In this document: piece by piece, positions 43,623-54,112 of the stretch
How positions within the stretch are numbered: position 1 is the stretch's first letter
How the letters are laid out: each line of letters opens with the position of its first letter
Assembly: GCA_963776395.1 (NCBI GenBank)
Contig: CAVZML010000006.1
Span: 488,986 to 552,985 of the forward strand
DNA length: 64,000 bases
Source: an uncultured Chloroflexia bacterium
GTDB taxonomy: Bacteria; Chloroflexota; Limnocylindria; Limnocylindrales; CSP1-4
Direction: 5' to 3'
Notes under the pieces: generated by a model
The model's database searches: none
Seen by the model: the letters and a program-made list of their open reading frames with translations, nothing else
What the model was told of the DNA's origin: nothing
Translations under genes and position numbers: made by a program

Positions 43623-44021
43623 ATGAACGTCTCCGACCCGATCGCGGACATGCTCACGCGTGTTCGCAACGCGTCCCGGGCGCGCCACACCGAGGTCGTC
43701 GTCCCCGCCTCGCGCACGAAGCGCGAGATCGCGCGGATCCTCAAGGAGGAAGGCTTCATCGCCGACGTCCGCGAGGAGCGCGACGGGCCGACGCAGCTGC
43801 TGCGCATCCAACTCAAGTACGTCGACGGCAAGGTGTCCGTCGTCTCGGGCCTCAAGCGGATCAGCAAACCGGGCCTGCGCGTCTACGCGCAGAAGACGGA
43901 CATCCCGCGGGTCCTGGGCGGCCTGGGCATCGTCATCGTCAGCACGAGCAAGGGGATCATGACCGGCGCCCAGGCCAAGCAGGCGGCGCTCGGTGGCGAG
44001 ATCCTCGCCTACGTCTGGTAG
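43623..44021 (+). CDS. rpsH: 30S ribosomal protein S8
   Basis: [14 protein letters not shown]...GGEILAYVW. Confidence 0.95.
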   Translation: MNVSDPIADMLTRVRNASRARHTEVVVPASRTKREIARILKEEGFIADVREERDGPTQLLRIQLKYVDGKVSVVSGLKRISKPGLRVYAQKTDIPRVLGGLGIVIVSTSKGIMTGAQAKQAALGGEILAYVW

Positions 44022-44025
44022 CGAG

Positions 44026-44577
44026 ATGTCCCGCATCGGCCGCCTCCCCATCCCCATTCCCGCCGGCGTGGACGTCACGTTCGACGGGCGCATCATCACG
44101 GTGACGGGCCCCAAGGGGTCCCTCACCCGCGAGCTGCCGCCGCGCATCTCGGTCGACCGCGAGGGCGACGTCCTCGTCGCCACCCGGCCGACGGAGAACA
44201 AGCTCGACAAGTCGCTCCACGGCCTGACGCGCACCCTCGTCAACAACATGGTCGTCGGGGTCACCACCGGGTACCGCAAGGGCCTCGAGATCGTCGGCGT
44301 CGGCTACCGCGCGCAGAAGGTGGGCAACAAGCTCGTCCTCGCGCTCGGCTACAGCCATCCGGTCGAGATCGAGCCGCCCGCCGGCATCAGCTTCGAGCTC
44401 GAGACGCCCATCCGCCTCGCGGTCGTGGGCATCGACAAGGAGCTCGTCGGCCAGTACGCGGCGAAGGTCCGCGCCACCCGCAAGCCCGAGCCCTACAAGG
44501 GCAAGGGTGTCCGGTATGCCGGTGAGAAGGTCCGCCGCAAGGCAGGCAAGGCCGGCAAGATCGGCGGGAAGAAGTAG
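44026..44577 (+). CDS. rplF: 50S ribosomal protein L6
   Basis: [17 protein letters not shown]...[13 protein letters not shown]. Confidence 0.95.
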   Translation: MSRIGRLPIPIPAGVDVTFDGRIITVTGPKGSLTRELPPRISVDREGDVLVATRPTENKLDKSLHGLTRTLVNNMVVGVTTGYRKGLEIVGVGYRAQKVGNKLVLALGYSHPVEIEPPAGISFELETPIRLAVVGIDKELVGQYAAKVRATRKPEPYKGKGVRYAGEKVRRKAGKAGKIGGKK

Positions 44578-44579
44578 CC

Positions 44580-44942
44580 ATGTCCAAGATCACGACCCGC
44601 ACCGCGTCGCGCGCCAAGCGCCACGACCGGATCCGCCTCCGCCTCGCGGGGACGGCCTCCCGGCCGCGCCTCGCGGTGTTCCGCAGCCTGAACCATGTCT
44701 ACGCCCAGGTCATCGACGACGCCAGCGGCCGGACCCTGGCCGCCGCATCCTCGCTCGAGGCAGACCTCCGCGGTGCCGAAGGCACGAAGGTGGCGGACGC
44801 CAAACGCGTCGGCCAGCTCGTGGCGGAGCGCGCGAAGGCGGCCGGCGTGGACAAGGTGGTCTTCGACCGGGCGGGCTTCCAGTACCACGGGCGGGTTCGC
44901 TCGCTCGCCGAGGCGGCCCGCGAGGCCGGCCTCGACTTCTGA
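44580..44942 (+). CDS. rplR: 50S ribosomal protein L18
   Basis: [19 protein letters not shown]...[26 protein letters not shown]. Confidence 0.95.
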   Translation: MSKITTRTASRAKRHDRIRLRLAGTASRPRLAVFRSLNHVYAQVIDDASGRTLAAASSLEADLRGAEGTKVADAKRVGQLVAERAKAAGVDKVVFDRAGFQYHGRVRSLAEAAREAGLDF

Positions 44943-44953
44943 GAGGACACCCT

Positions 44954-45493
44954 GTGGCCCGCATCGACCCCAACAAGCTCGCGCTCGAGGAGCGCGTCGT
45001 CCAGATCAATCGCGTCGCCAAGGTGCACAAGGGCGGCCGGCGCTTCTCGTTCTCGGCGGTGATCGTCGTGGGCGACGGCAACGGCCACGTCGGCGTCGGC
45101 CTGGGCAAGGCCGGTGACGTGCCCGAGTCCATCCGCAAGGGCGTCGAGGATGCCAAGAAGAACATCGTGCGCATCCCGATGGTCGGGACCACGATCCCGC
45201 ACGAGGTCCGCGAGGAGTACGCCGCCGCGCGGGTGCTGCTCAAGCCGGCCTCCAAGGGGACCGGCGTCATCGCCGGCGGCGCCGTCCGCGCCGTCGTCGA
45301 AGCGGCGGGGATCCGCGACATCCTGTCCAAGATCCACGGGTCCACCAACCCGGTGAACGTCACCCGCGCGACGCTCAACGCGCTCACCAGCCTCCGGTCC
45401 GTCGAGGAGCTGTCCCGCCAGCGCGGCGTGAAGCTCCGCCTCGTCGTGCCCGGCCAGCCGGCTGCCGCGCAGGAGGTGGCCGATGGCCGCTAG
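44954..45493 (+). CDS. rpsE: 30S ribosomal protein S5
   Basis: [39 protein letters not shown]. Confidence 0.95.
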   Translation: MARIDPNKLALEERVVQINRVAKVHKGGRRFSFSAVIVVGDGNGHVGVGLGKAGDVPESIRKGVEDAKKNIVRIPMVGTTIPHEVREEYAAARVLLKPASKGTGVIAGGAVRAVVEAAGIRDILSKIHGSTNPVNVTRATLNALTSLRSVEELSRQRGVKLRLVVPGQPAAAQEVADGR

Positions 45494-45704
45494 GCTCCGC
45501 GTCACCCAGACCAAGAGCACGATCAGCCACATCGCCCGGAACCGGGCGACGATCCGCGCCCTGGGCCTCCACGGAATCGGCAGCTCATCGATCCTGCCGG
45601 ACAACCCTGCCGTGCGGGGCATGGTCCGCCAGGTCCGGTTCCTGGTGACCTTCGAGGAGCTTGCCGAGGGCGCGGACGCCACGACCCCGGAGACGAGCCG
45701 ATGA
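45483..45704 (+). CDS. rpmD: 50S ribosomal protein L30
   Basis: [25 protein letters not shown]. Confidence 0.9.
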   Translation: MAARLRVTQTKSTISHIARNRATIRALGLHGIGSSSILPDNPAVRGMVRQVRFLVTFEELAEGADATTPETSR

Positions 45705-46240
45705 AGATCCACGACCTCCACCCCGCCGAGGGGTCGGTCACCAGGCGCACCCGGGTCGGCCGCGGCATCGCCGCGGGCAAGGGCAAGACCGCCGGCCGCG
45801 GGACCAAGGGCCAGAAGTCGCGAGCCGGGGCGTCGATCCCCGCCTGGTTCGAGGGCGGCCAGACGCCGCTCCACATCCGGATCCCGAAGCTGCGCGGCTT
45901 CCGCAACATCAACGACATCGAGTACGAGGTCGTCAACGTCGGCGCCATCGGCGCCGCCGTCGCCTCGGGCAGGCTGCAGCAGGAGAAGGGCGCACCGGTG
46001 ACGGTCAACGCCGATACCCTGAAGGCGGCCGGCCTGGTCCGGCGCGACCGGTTCCCGCTCAAGATCCTCGGCCACGGCGAGGTCGAGGCGAAGCTGTTCG
46101 TCCTGGCCGACGCCTTCACGAAGAGTGCCCGCGCGAAGATCGAGGCGGCCGGCGGCACGGCCCAGGTGATCGAGATCCCGACCTCGCCGCTCGCCGCCCT
46201 CGGCGTCGAGCCGGCGGCCGACCTCACCGACAACGGCTAG
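45701..46240 (+). CDS. rplO: 50S ribosomal protein L15
   Basis: RVGRGIAAGKGKTAGRGTKGQKSR. Confidence 0.95.
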   Translation: MKIHDLHPAEGSVTRRTRVGRGIAAGKGKTAGRGTKGQKSRAGASIPAWFEGGQTPLHIRIPKLRGFRNINDIEYEVVNVGAIGAAVASGRLQQEKGAPVTVNADTLKAAGLVRRDRFPLKILGHGEVEAKLFVLADAFTKSARAKIEAAGGTAQVIEIPTSPLAALGVEPAADLTDNG

Positions 46241-46246
46241 GCGCAC

Positions 46247-47524
46247 GTGTTCGAGGCCCTGCTCAATGCGTTCCGCGCGCCGGACCTCCGGCGCCGGATC
46301 CTGTTCGTCGCCGGGATCCTGCTCGTCTTCCGGTTCCTGGCCCACGTGCCGGTGCCGGGCGTCGACCGTGCCCAGCTCAGCAACTTCCTGAACGACAGCC
46401 CGATCTTCGGGCTGCTCGACCTGTTCTCGGGCGGCGGCCTGACCAACTTCTCGGTCGTGGCGCTGGGCGTGAACCCGTACATCAACGCCTCGATCATCAT
46501 GCAGCTCATGACCGGCGTGGTGCCGTCGCTGCAGGCCCTCCAGCGCGAGGGCGAGTACGGGCGCACCAAGATCAACCAGTACACGCGGTACCTGTCGGTC
46601 CCGATGGCCCTGCTCCAGTCCTACGGGTTCCTCGCCCTGCTCAACGCGAACAAGGTCCTGGCGACGCCGTTCGACCTCGGCAGCTGGGAGACGATCACCC
46701 AGATCGCCACCCTGACCGCGGGCTCCGTCACCCTGATGTGGCTGGGCGAGCTGATCACCGAGAAGGGGATCGGCAACGGCGTGAGCTTCATCATCTTCGC
46801 CGGCATCGTGAGCCGCGCGCCGGGCGCCCTCACCGCCTTCATCACGAGCCCGGACCTCGCCCGCTTCCTGCTGTTCGCGCTCCTGGCGATCGCCGCCGTC
46901 GCGGTGATCATCTTCATCCAGGAGGGGCAGCGCCGGATCCCGGTCCAGTACGCGTCCCGGGTCCGCGGACGCCGGATGTACCAGGGCGGCCAGACCTTCC
47001 TGCCGCTCCGGGTCAACCAGGCCGGCGTCATCCCGATCATCTTCGCCGTCAGCATCCTGCTGTTCCCGGCCCAGATCGCCAGCTACTTCACGAGCTCGCC
47101 CGGTCTCGTGGGCGACATCGCGCAGGGCATCGTCACCCTGCTCAGCCAGGGGTCCTGGCTGTACGTCTCGCTGTACTTCCTGCTGACCGTCGGGTTCACG
47201 TACTTCTACACGGCGTTCACGTTCAAGCCGGACGAGACCGCCGAGCAGCTGCGCAAGAACGGCGGCTTCATCCCGGGCATCCGGCCCGGGCGTCCGACGC
47301 AGGACTATCTGGCCAAGGTCGTGACGCGGATCACGGTCGCCGGAGCCCTGTTCCTGGGCTGCGTGGCCGCCGCCCCGCCGTTCATCGGCATGATCAACCC
47401 GGAGTTCCGCAATCTCGCGCTGGGTGGCACGGGCATCCTGATCGTGGTCTCCGTCGTCGTCGAGACGATGAAGCAGCTCGAGGCCCAGCTGCTCATCCGC
47501 CAGTACGAGGGCTTTATCCGGTGA
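46247..47524 (+). CDS. secY: Preprotein translocase subunit SecY
   Basis: About 10 TM segments, with LFSGGGLTNFSVVALGVNPYINASII and GFIPGIRPGRPT. Confidence 0.95.
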   Translation: MFEALLNAFRAPDLRRRILFVAGILLVFRFLAHVPVPGVDRAQLSNFLNDSPIFGLLDLFSGGGLTNFSVVALGVNPYINASIIMQLMTGVVPSLQALQREGEYGRTKINQYTRYLSVPMALLQSYGFLALLNANKVLATPFDLGSWETITQIATLTAGSVTLMWLGELITEKGIGNGVSFIIFAGIVSRAPGALTAFITSPDLARFLLFALLAIAAVAVIIFIQEGQRRIPVQYASRVRGRRMYQGGQTFLPLRVNQAGVIPIIFAVSILLFPAQIASYFTSSPGLVGDIAQGIVTLLSQGSWLYVSLYFLLTVGFTYFYTAFTFKPDETAEQLRKNGGFIPGIRPGRPTQDYLAKVVTRITVAGALFLGCVAAAPPFIGMINPEFRNLALGGTGILIVVSVVVETMKQLEAQLLIRQYEGFIR

Positions 47525-48213
47525 GCGTGGTGGTCCTCCTCGGCGCTCCTGGCGCGGGGAAGGGGACCCAGGCTCCGTTGCTCGCGACCCGTCTCGGCAT
47601 CCCGGTCGTCGCCACCGGGGGCCTGTTCCGGGCGGCCGTGCGCGACGGAACGCCCCTGGGTCAGGAAGCGCGTCGCTACATGGACGCCGGGCAGCTCGTC
47701 CCCGACGAGATCACGGTCCGGCTGCTGCTCGACCGGCTGGGCAGGCCGGACGCCAGCGACGGGGTCATCCTCGACGGGTTCCCGCGGACGGGCGTCCAGG
47801 CCGCCGCGCTCGACCGCGCGCTCGCCGAGCGCGAGGCCAGGGTGGGCGCCGCCGTCCTCGTGGACGTCCCGTTCGACGAGCTCGTCCGGCGCATGTCCGG
47901 CCGGTGGATCTGCCGCGCGGCCGGGCACCCCTACCACGAGCTGTACAGCCCGCCCAACGTGGAGGGCATCTGCGACCTCGACGGCTCCGAGCTGTACCAG
48001 CGCGCCGACGACCGGCCCGACACCATCCGGGCCCGGATGGACCAGCAGCTCGGCGCCCTCGCCGAGGTGATCGACCACTACCGGACGGCCGGCGTCCTCC
48101 GCACCGTGGACGGCCTGCAGGACATCGACCAGGTCGCCGACGCGATCGACCTCGCGCTGGCAGAGAGGGACATCTACCCCGCCGGGTCGCTCACGGAGCA
48201 CGTGGCGGGCTGA
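47521..48213 (+). CDS. adk: Adenylate kinase
   Basis: LLGAPGAGKGTQA P-loop, DGFPRT. Confidence 0.93.
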   Translation: MSVVVLLGAPGAGKGTQAPLLATRLGIPVVATGGLFRAAVRDGTPLGQEARRYMDAGQLVPDEITVRLLLDRLGRPDASDGVILDGFPRTGVQAAALDRALAEREARVGAAVLVDVPFDELVRRMSGRWICRAAGHPYHELYSPPNVEGICDLDGSELYQRADDRPDTIRARMDQQLGALAEVIDHYRTAGVLRTVDGLQDIDQVADAIDLALAERDIYPAGSLTEHVAG

Positions 48214-49016
48214 TGCAGATCACGACCAAGTCGAAGGACCAGATCGCGAGGATGCGGTCCGCGGGGCGCATCGTCGCGGAGGTCCTGGCGCTGGTCGAGG
48301 AGTCCCTCAGGCCCGGCATCTCGACGGCTGAGATCGACCGTCTGGCCGAGCGGCACATCCGCACGTCGGGCGGCATCCCCTCGTTCCTGGGCTACCTGGG
48401 CGGCCGGCGGTACGACGCGTCGCACCCGCACGCCTACAAGGCGGCCACCTGCATCTCGATCGACCACGAGATCGTCCACGGCATCCCCGGCAACCGCGAG
48501 ATCCAGCGGGGGCAGGTGGTGTCGGTCGACGTCGGGGTCATCTACGAGGGGTGGAACGGCGACGGGGCGCGCACGTTCATCTGCGGCGGTCGCGACGCAG
48601 GCACCCCCGAGGCGATCGCGCTCATCGACACGACGCGCCTGGCACTGATGGCCGGGATCGCGGCAGCCCAGCCCGGGCACCGCGTCGCTGACATCGGCGC
48701 CGCGGTGGAGGCCATCGGCCACGAGGCCGGCTACGGCATCGTCCGCGGGTACGGCGGCCACGGCATCGGCCAGCTGATGCACGAGGATCCGTCGGTGCTC
48801 AATTTCGCCACCGATTACCCGGACGCCCGCGTGAAGCTCGAGCCGGGCCTGTGCCTCGCCATCGAGCCGATGTTCATGACCGGCGGCGAGAAGACCAGGA
48901 CGCTGAAGGACGGCTGGACGGTGGTGACCGCCGACAGGTCGCTGGCGGCGCATTTCGAGCACACGATCGTGATCACGGCGGATGGGCCCCAGATCCTCAC
49001 CACGGTCGCCGCATGA
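48213..49016 (+). CDS. map: Type I methionine aminopeptidase
   Basis: VVSVDVGVIYEGWNGD, HGIGQLMHEDP, FEHTIVIT. Confidence 0.93.
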   Translation: MQITTKSKDQIARMRSAGRIVAEVLALVEESLRPGISTAEIDRLAERHIRTSGGIPSFLGYLGGRRYDASHPHAYKAATCISIDHEIVHGIPGNREIQRGQVVSVDVGVIYEGWNGDGARTFICGGRDAGTPEAIALIDTTRLALMAGIAAAQPGHRVADIGAAVEAIGHEAGYGIVRGYGGHGIGQLMHEDPSVLNFATDYPDARVKLEPGLCLAIEPMFMTGGEKTRTLKDGWTVVTADRSLAAHFEHTIVITADGPQILTTVAA

Positions 49017-49024
49017 CCCGGGTG

Positions 49025-49053
49025 TTGTCGGATCTGGTCGCGTTTGATATCCT
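49025..49053 (+). promoter_or_regulatory. Putative promoter for infA-rpmJ-rpsM... (TTGTCG-17-TATCCT)
   Basis: Same -10 hexamer as the rpoB promoter, with 17-nt spacing. Confidence 0.4.
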
Positions 49054-49115
49054 CACCGTTCGTGTGTCGGCCCACCCGGGCCGGCACTCGTGCTGAGAAG
49101 GACACGGGAGCAGGG

Positions 49116-49334
49116 TTGGCGAAGAAGGACGCGATCGAAGTCGAAGGTACCGTCATCGAGCCGCTGCCGAACACGATGTTCGCGGTGGAGCTCGAGAACG
49201 GCCACCGCGTCCTCGCGCACATCAGCGGGAAGCTCCGGATGAACTTCATCCGGATCCTGCCCGGAGACCGGGTCCGCGTCGAGCTGTCTCCCTACGACCT
49301 CACTCGGGGTCGCATCACCTACCGTCTGAAGTAG
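49116..49334 (+). CDS. infA: Translation initiation factor IF-1
   Basis: (L)[55 protein letters not shown] start after GGGAGCAGGG. Confidence 0.92.
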   Translation: MAKKDAIEVEGTVIEPLPNTMFAVELENGHRVLAHISGKLRMNFIRILPGDRVRVELSPYDLTRGRITYRLK

Positions 49335-49346
49335 TCGAGGAACCCG

Positions 49347-49460
49347 GTGAAGGTCAGAGCGTCCGTCAAGACGCGGTGCGACAACTGCAAGGTCATCCGG
49401 CGCCACGGCACCGTGATGGTCATCTGCGCGAATCCCAAGCACAAGCAGCGGCAGGGCTGA
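49347..49460 (+). CDS. rpmJ: 50S ribosomal protein L36 (Zn type)
   Basis: 37-aa ORF below the track cutoff: [37 protein letters not shown]. Confidence 0.9.
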   Translation: MKVRASVKTRCDNCKVIRRHGTVMVICANPKHKQRQG

Positions 49461-49464
49461 CGCG

Positions 49465-49839
49465 ATGGCACGTATTGCGGGCATCGACATCCCGCGCGAG
49501 AAGCGCGTCGAGATCGCCCTCACCTACATCTACGGGATCGGGCTGTCATCCAGCCAGAAGATCCTCAAGCAGACGAACATCAACCCGGACACGCGCGTTC
49601 GGGACCTCACGGAAGACCAGGTCAACCGGCTCCGCGAGGTCATCGACCGCACGCACAAGGTCGAGGGCGACCTCCGTCGCGAGGTGGCGCTGAACATCAA
49701 GCGCCTCATCGAGATCGGGTCGTACCGCGGCATGCGGCATCGCCGCAACCTGCCGGTCCGGGGGCAGCGAACCAAGACCAACGCCCGCCAGCGCCGGGGG
49801 CCGAAGAAGACGGTCGGCGCCCGGAAGAAGACGAAGTGA
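49465..49839 (+). CDS. rpsM: 30S ribosomal protein S13
   Basis: [26 protein letters not shown]. Confidence 0.95.
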   Translation: MARIAGIDIPREKRVEIALTYIYGIGLSSSQKILKQTNINPDTRVRDLTEDQVNRLREVIDRTHKVEGDLRREVALNIKRLIEIGSYRGMRHRRNLPVRGQRTKTNARQRRGPKKTVGARKKTK

Positions 49840-49856
49840 CGAGGAACCGCTAAGGC

Positions 49857-50252
49857 ATGGCCGATCGAAAGCGCGCCGTCAAGCAGCGGCGCCGGGAGCG
49901 GAAGAACGTCCCGCAGGGACACGTCCACATTCTGGCGAGCTTCAACAACACGATCGTGACGATCACGGACCTCACCGGGAACGTCATCTCGTGGGGTTCC
50001 GCTGGCATCGCCGGGTTCAAGGGCTCCCGGAAGAGCACGCCGTACGCTGCCGCGCTCGCCGCGGACGGGGCGGCACGCCGCGCCATGGAGCACGGCATGC
50101 GCCAGGTCGAGGTCTACGTCAAGGGACCCGGCGCCGGTCGCGAGCAGGCCATCCGGTCGCTCCAGGCCGCCGGGCTCGAGGTGAGCGCGATCACCGACGT
50201 CACGCCCATCCCTCACAACGGATGCCGCCCGCCCAAGCGGCGCCGCGTCTGA
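49857..50252 (+). CDS. rpsK: 30S ribosomal protein S11
   Basis: [18 protein letters not shown]...[13 protein letters not shown]. Confidence 0.95.
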   Translation: MADRKRAVKQRRRERKNVPQGHVHILASFNNTIVTITDLTGNVISWGSAGIAGFKGSRKSTPYAAALAADGAARRAMEHGMRQVEVYVKGPGAGREQAIRSLQAAGLEVSAITDVTPIPHNGCRPPKRRRV

Positions 50253-50265
50253 GCACCGAGAGATC

Positions 50266-50892
50266 ATGGCCCGTTACACCGACCCCGTCTGCCGGCTCTG
50301 CCGCCGCGAAGGGCTGAAGCTCTTCCTCAAGGGCAGCCGCTGCTACACCAAGAAGTGCTCGTTCGAGCGGCGCCCGACGCCGCCCGGGCAGCATGGCGTC
50401 CGCCGCCGCAAGGTGGGCGACTACGGCCTCCAGCTTCGCGAGAAGCAGAAGGTCCGCCGCGTCTACGGCGTGCTCGAGAAGCAGTTCCGCAACTACTTCG
50501 TCGAGGCGACGCATCACTCCGGCGTCACCGGCGAGACCCTGCTCCGATCACTCGAGCAGCGCCTCGACAACGTCGTCTTCCGCCTCGGGTTCGCCCCGTC
50601 GCGGCCGGCGGCGCGCCAGATGGTCACCCACGGCCACTTCGCCGTGAACGGCGTCCCGACGAACATCCCCTCCTATCGCGTCAAGGTCGGCGACAAGGTC
50701 GAGGTGCGCGTGTCGCACCGCGAGCGCGAGCTGTTCAAGGTCGCGAAGGAGACGCTCCGAAACCACCAGGCACCCGACTGGCTGAGCCTCGACGCGGCGA
50801 ACCTCGCCGGGTCCGTCCTGGCCATGCCGCGTCGCGACCAGATGCCGCTCGACTTCAACGAGCAGCTCGTGGTCGAGTACTACTCGAGGTAG
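50266..50892 (+). CDS. rpsD: 30S ribosomal protein S4
   Basis: MARYTDPVCRLCRREGLKLFLKG..., S4 domain RLDNVVFRLGFA. Confidence 0.95.
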   Translation: MARYTDPVCRLCRREGLKLFLKGSRCYTKKCSFERRPTPPGQHGVRRRKVGDYGLQLREKQKVRRVYGVLEKQFRNYFVEATHHSGVTGETLLRSLEQRLDNVVFRLGFAPSRPAARQMVTHGHFAVNGVPTNIPSYRVKVGDKVEVRVSHRERELFKVAKETLRNHQAPDWLSLDAANLAGSVLAMPRRDQMPLDFNEQLVVEYYSR

Positions 50893-50901
50893 CCGCCCTC
50901 A

Positions 50902-51891
50902 ATGATCGAACTCGAATCCCCGCAGATCGAGCCCGTCGCGGAAGCTGGCACGTACGCGAAGTACGAGGCCAGCCCGCTGCAGGCCGGCTACGGCGTCACC
51001 CTCGGCAACGCGCTCCGGCGCGTGCTGCTCTCGTCCCTCGAAGGCGCGGCGGTGACGTCCATCCAGGTCCGTGACGTCTACCAGGAGTTCTCGACGATCC
51101 CCGGCGTCAAGGAAGACGTCACCCAGATCGTCCTGAACGTCAAGAAGCTCCGCCTCAAGAGCTTCGCGGCGCACCCGGTCCAGCTCCGGCTCATCAAGAG
51201 CGGCGCCGGCCCGGTCATCGCCGCCGACATCGCCGAGTCCGCCGACATCGAGATCGTCAGCCCCGAGCTCGTCCTCATGACGATCGACTCGGACGACGTG
51301 ACGATCGAGATGGACCTGACCGTCGAGCGCGGCGTCGGGTACCTCGCCGCCGAGCGATCGGAGGCACTTCCGATCGGGGTGATCGCGGTCGACGCGATCT
51401 TCACGCCGGTCCGCAAGGTGAACTACTGGGTCGAGAGCACGCGGGTTGGCCAGATGACCAACTTCGACAAGCTCACGCTCGAGATCGAGACCGACGGCAC
51501 GATCACCCCCGAGGAGGCGCTCTCGCGCTCCGCGGACATCCTCGTGCGCCAGTTCCAGCCGTTCGTGACGATCGGGGTCCAGGCCGCGGCGCCCGACCGC
51601 GCCGTGGCAGGCGTGCCGCAGCTCCCCCCGAACATGCTGGACATGCCGATCGAGGAGCTCGACCTGCCGATGCGGGCGTACAACTCGCTGAAGCGCAACA
51701 ACATCGTCAAGGTCGGCCAGCTGCTGCAGCTCAAGGACGACGATCTCCTCCGGATGCGCAACTTCGGCAAGAAGTCGCTGGACGAGATGAAGGAGCGGCT
51801 CCGCATGCGCGGGTTCATCCTGCCGGAGACCGAGTCCGACGGCGTCCTGGACGACGAGGAGCCGTTCGCCGCCGACGAGGAGGAATCCTGA
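50902..51891 (+). CDS. rpoA: DNA-directed RNA polymerase subunit alpha
   Basis: GYGVTLGNALRRVLLSS and C-terminal domain ELDLPMRAYNSLKRNNIVKVGQL. Confidence 0.95.
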   Translation: MIELESPQIEPVAEAGTYAKYEASPLQAGYGVTLGNALRRVLLSSLEGAAVTSIQVRDVYQEFSTIPGVKEDVTQIVLNVKKLRLKSFAAHPVQLRLIKSGAGPVIAADIAESADIEIVSPELVLMTIDSDDVTIEMDLTVERGVGYLAAERSEALPIGVIAVDAIFTPVRKVNYWVESTRVGQMTNFDKLTLEIETDGTITPEEALSRSADILVRQFQPFVTIGVQAAAPDRAVAGVPQLPPNMLDMPIEELDLPMRAYNSLKRNNIVKVGQLLQLKDDDLLRMRNFGKKSLDEMKERLRMRGFILPETESDGVLDDEEPFAADEEES

Positions 51892-51894
51892 GCC

Positions 51895-52248
51895 ATGGCC
51901 CATCGGATCGACGGGCGCAAGCTCTCGCGCAAGCGCGGACCACGCCTCGCCCTGTACAAGAACCTGACGGTCTCGGTCCTCCGCTACGAGCGGGTGCAGA
52001 CGACCGAGGCGAAGGCCAAGGAGATCCGGGGCTACGTCGAGCGCATGATCACGCTCGCCAAGCGCGGTGACCTGGCGGCCCGACGGACGGTCGTGTCGGA
52101 GCTCCCGAACGAGCCGCTCGTCATCGACAAGCTGTTCGACGTCATCGCCCCCAAGTACGCCGATCGCCAGTCGGGGTTCACCCGGTTGGTCCACATCGGC
52201 CAGCGCAAGGGCGATTCCGCCGAGATCGTGCAGATCGAGCTCGTCTGA
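51895..52248 (+). CDS. rplQ: 50S ribosomal protein L17
   Basis: LSRKRGPRLALYKNL...ERVQTTEAKAKE. Confidence 0.95.
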   Translation: MAHRIDGRKLSRKRGPRLALYKNLTVSVLRYERVQTTEAKAKEIRGYVERMITLAKRGDLAARRTVVSELPNEPLVIDKLFDVIAPKYADRQSGFTRLVHIGQRKGDSAEIVQIELV

Positions 52249-52313
52249 CGGAGGCCGATCCTTCGCCTCAGTCGAGTCTCGAGCATGAGCCCAGGCGCCC
52301 GAGAGGGCGCGCC

Positions 52314-53072
52314 GTGCGCTATCGCGCCCGGTGTGAATACGACGGGACGGACTTCGCGGGCTTCCAGTTCCAACTGAACGCCCGCTCGGTCCAGGGAGAA
52401 CTCGAGACCGCGCTGGCCCGCCTCTCCGGGGGTGAGCGGGTGACGGTCGACGGGGCAGGACGCACCGATACCGGTGTCCACGCCACGGGCCAGGTGATCG
52501 CATTCACCTTCCCGGGCAGGCTCACCGGAGAGGAGCTCCAGCGGGCGGTCAACGCCCTGCTGCCGAGGGATGTCGCGATCCGCGACCTCCGCCGCGCTCC
52601 CCGCGCGTTCCGTCCCCGCTATGCGGCGCGGTACCGGGAATACCGCTACACCGTCTGGAACGGGCCGCGAAGCCCGCTGCACGAGCGGACAGCGCTCTGG
52701 CTGCGGGACCCGCTGGACATCGACGCCATGGCGAGCGCCGGGTCGGCCTTCGAGGGCCGGCACGACTTCTCGGCCTTCGGCACAACGGACCGGTCGCCGG
52801 TCCGGACCGTCCACGCGGTCCGGGTGCGGAAGGAAGGGAGCCTGGTGACGATCGACGTCAGGGCCGACTCCTTCCTCCGGGGGCAGGTGCGGCGGATGGT
52901 GGCAGGCCTCCTGGAGGTCGGCCTCGGCAAGACGGATGAACACGGTCTCCGGGCGGCGCTGGTCGCACGGGAACCGGCCCTCAACGGGGCAGCCGCCCCG
53001 GCCAAGGGACTCTGCCTCAGGCGCGTCGTCCTCGGACGACGACCGATGGACGACAAGGAAGACGAGGAATGA
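52314..53072 (+). CDS. truA: tRNA pseudouridine(38-40) synthase TruA
   Basis: [12 protein letters not shown]...[15 protein letters not shown] with the catalytic Asp motif. Confidence 0.9.
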   Translation: MRYRARCEYDGTDFAGFQFQLNARSVQGELETALARLSGGERVTVDGAGRTDTGVHATGQVIAFTFPGRLTGEELQRAVNALLPRDVAIRDLRRAPRAFRPRYAARYREYRYTVWNGPRSPLHERTALWLRDPLDIDAMASAGSAFEGRHDFSAFGTTDRSPVRTVHAVRVRKEGSLVTIDVRADSFLRGQVRRMVAGLLEVGLGKTDEHGLRAALVAREPALNGAAAPAKGLCLRRVVLGRRPMDDKEDEE

Positions 53073-53500
53073 GCGCGAAGACCTATACGCCTCGAGAGAG
53101 CGAGATCGAGCGACGCTGGTACGTCGTCGACGCGACGGACGAGACGCTCGGCCGCCTCGCGACGCGGATCGCGCGCGTCCTCGAGGGCAAGAACAAGCCC
53201 ACCTACGCCCCGCACATGGACACGGGCGACCACGTCATCGTGCTCAACGCGTCCCGGATCACGGTGACGCGTGACAAGCTGACGTCCAAGGTCTATGCCC
53301 GCCACAGCGGCTATCCCGGCGGGTTCAAGGAGGAGACGCTCGGTCACCTCCTCAACCGCCGCCCGGAGGAGGTCATCCGCCGGACCGTGAAGGGGATGCT
53401 GCCGCACAACCGGCTGGGAACCCAGATGCTTCGGAAGCTCAAGGTCTATGCGGGGAACGATCATCCGCACCAGGCCCAGAAGCCCGAGCCGCTCGCCTGA
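53069..53500 (+). CDS. rplM: 50S ribosomal protein L13
   Basis: [35 protein letters not shown]. Confidence 0.95.
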   Translation: MSAKTYTPRESEIERRWYVVDATDETLGRLATRIARVLEGKNKPTYAPHMDTGDHVIVLNASRITVTRDKLTSKVYARHSGYPGGFKEETLGHLLNRRPEEVIRRTVKGMLPHNRLGTQMLRKLKVYAGNDHPHQAQKPEPLA

Positions 53501-53513
53501 TCGAGGAGCCCTG

Positions 53514-53912
53514 ATGTCGACGCCCGCGTTCTACTGGGGCACCGGCCGCCGCAAGACGGCGGTGGCCCGTGTCCGCCTCATTCCCGGTGAGGGCCAGATG
53601 GTCATCAACGGGCGGACCCCCGAGGAGCACTTCGGTGGGATCCTCGGTGAAGCTGAGCTGTTCCTCCCGTTCCGGGTGACCGGGACGGAGGGCCGCTACA
53701 ACACGCTGATCAAGGTCGAGGGCGGCGGGACCACCGGCCAGTCCGGCGCCATCCGCCACGGCATCGCTCGTGCGCTGCTCCAGTCCGACCCCGAGTCGTT
53801 CCGGCTGCCGCTCCGCCAGGCGGGCCTCCTCACCCGGGACCCGCGGATGAAGGAGCGCAAGAAGTACGGGCTGAAGCGCGCCCGCAAGGCCCCCCAGTAC
53901 ACCAAGCGCTAG
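53514..53912 (+). CDS. rpsI: 30S ribosomal protein S9
   Basis: [14 protein letters not shown]...[19 protein letters not shown]...RKAPQYTKR. Confidence 0.95.
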   Translation: MSTPAFYWGTGRRKTAVARVRLIPGEGQMVINGRTPEEHFGGILGEAELFLPFRVTGTEGRYNTLIKVEGGGTTGQSGAIRHGIARALLQSDPESFRLPLRQAGLLTRDPRMKERKKYGLKRARKAPQYTKR

Positions 53913-53937
53913 ACGGCGCACCTGGCGGCCGCCCGCG

Positions 53938-54011
53938 GCGTTGCCTGCTGCGGGCGCTCGCTCACGCACATCCAGGTGCGCTCGCTCGCGTCCTCGCAGG
54001 CGCCTTCGCGC
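53938..54011 (+). repeat. Intergenic structured repeat, copy 3 (rpsI-argF spacer)
   Basis: GGCGTTGCCTGCTGCGGGCGCTCGCTCACGCACATCCAGGTGCGCTCGCTCGCGTCCTCGCAGGCGCCTTCGCGC. Confidence 0.8.
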
Positions 54012-54025
54012 TCGGCGCGCCATCT

Positions 54026-54106
54026 GCGCCGTCGGAGTTTCGGCGGCCCGGTAGCGTCGGTGGGCACGGGATCGGCGCCGTCGGAGATCCGCCGGCCCGG
54101 TAGAGT
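54026..54106 (+). promoter_or_regulatory. Two direct copies (49-nt period) of a 32-nt motif ending in TAGCGT / TAGAGT, immediately upstream of argF
   Basis: The copies are GCGCCGTCGGAGTTTCGGCGGCCCGGTAGCGT (54026-54057) and GCGCCGTCGGAGATCCGCCGGCCCGGTAGAGT (54075-54106). TAGAGT ends 6 nt before ATG 54113, which suggests a leaderless transcript. Confidence 0.3.
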
Positions 54107-54112
54107 GACGCC

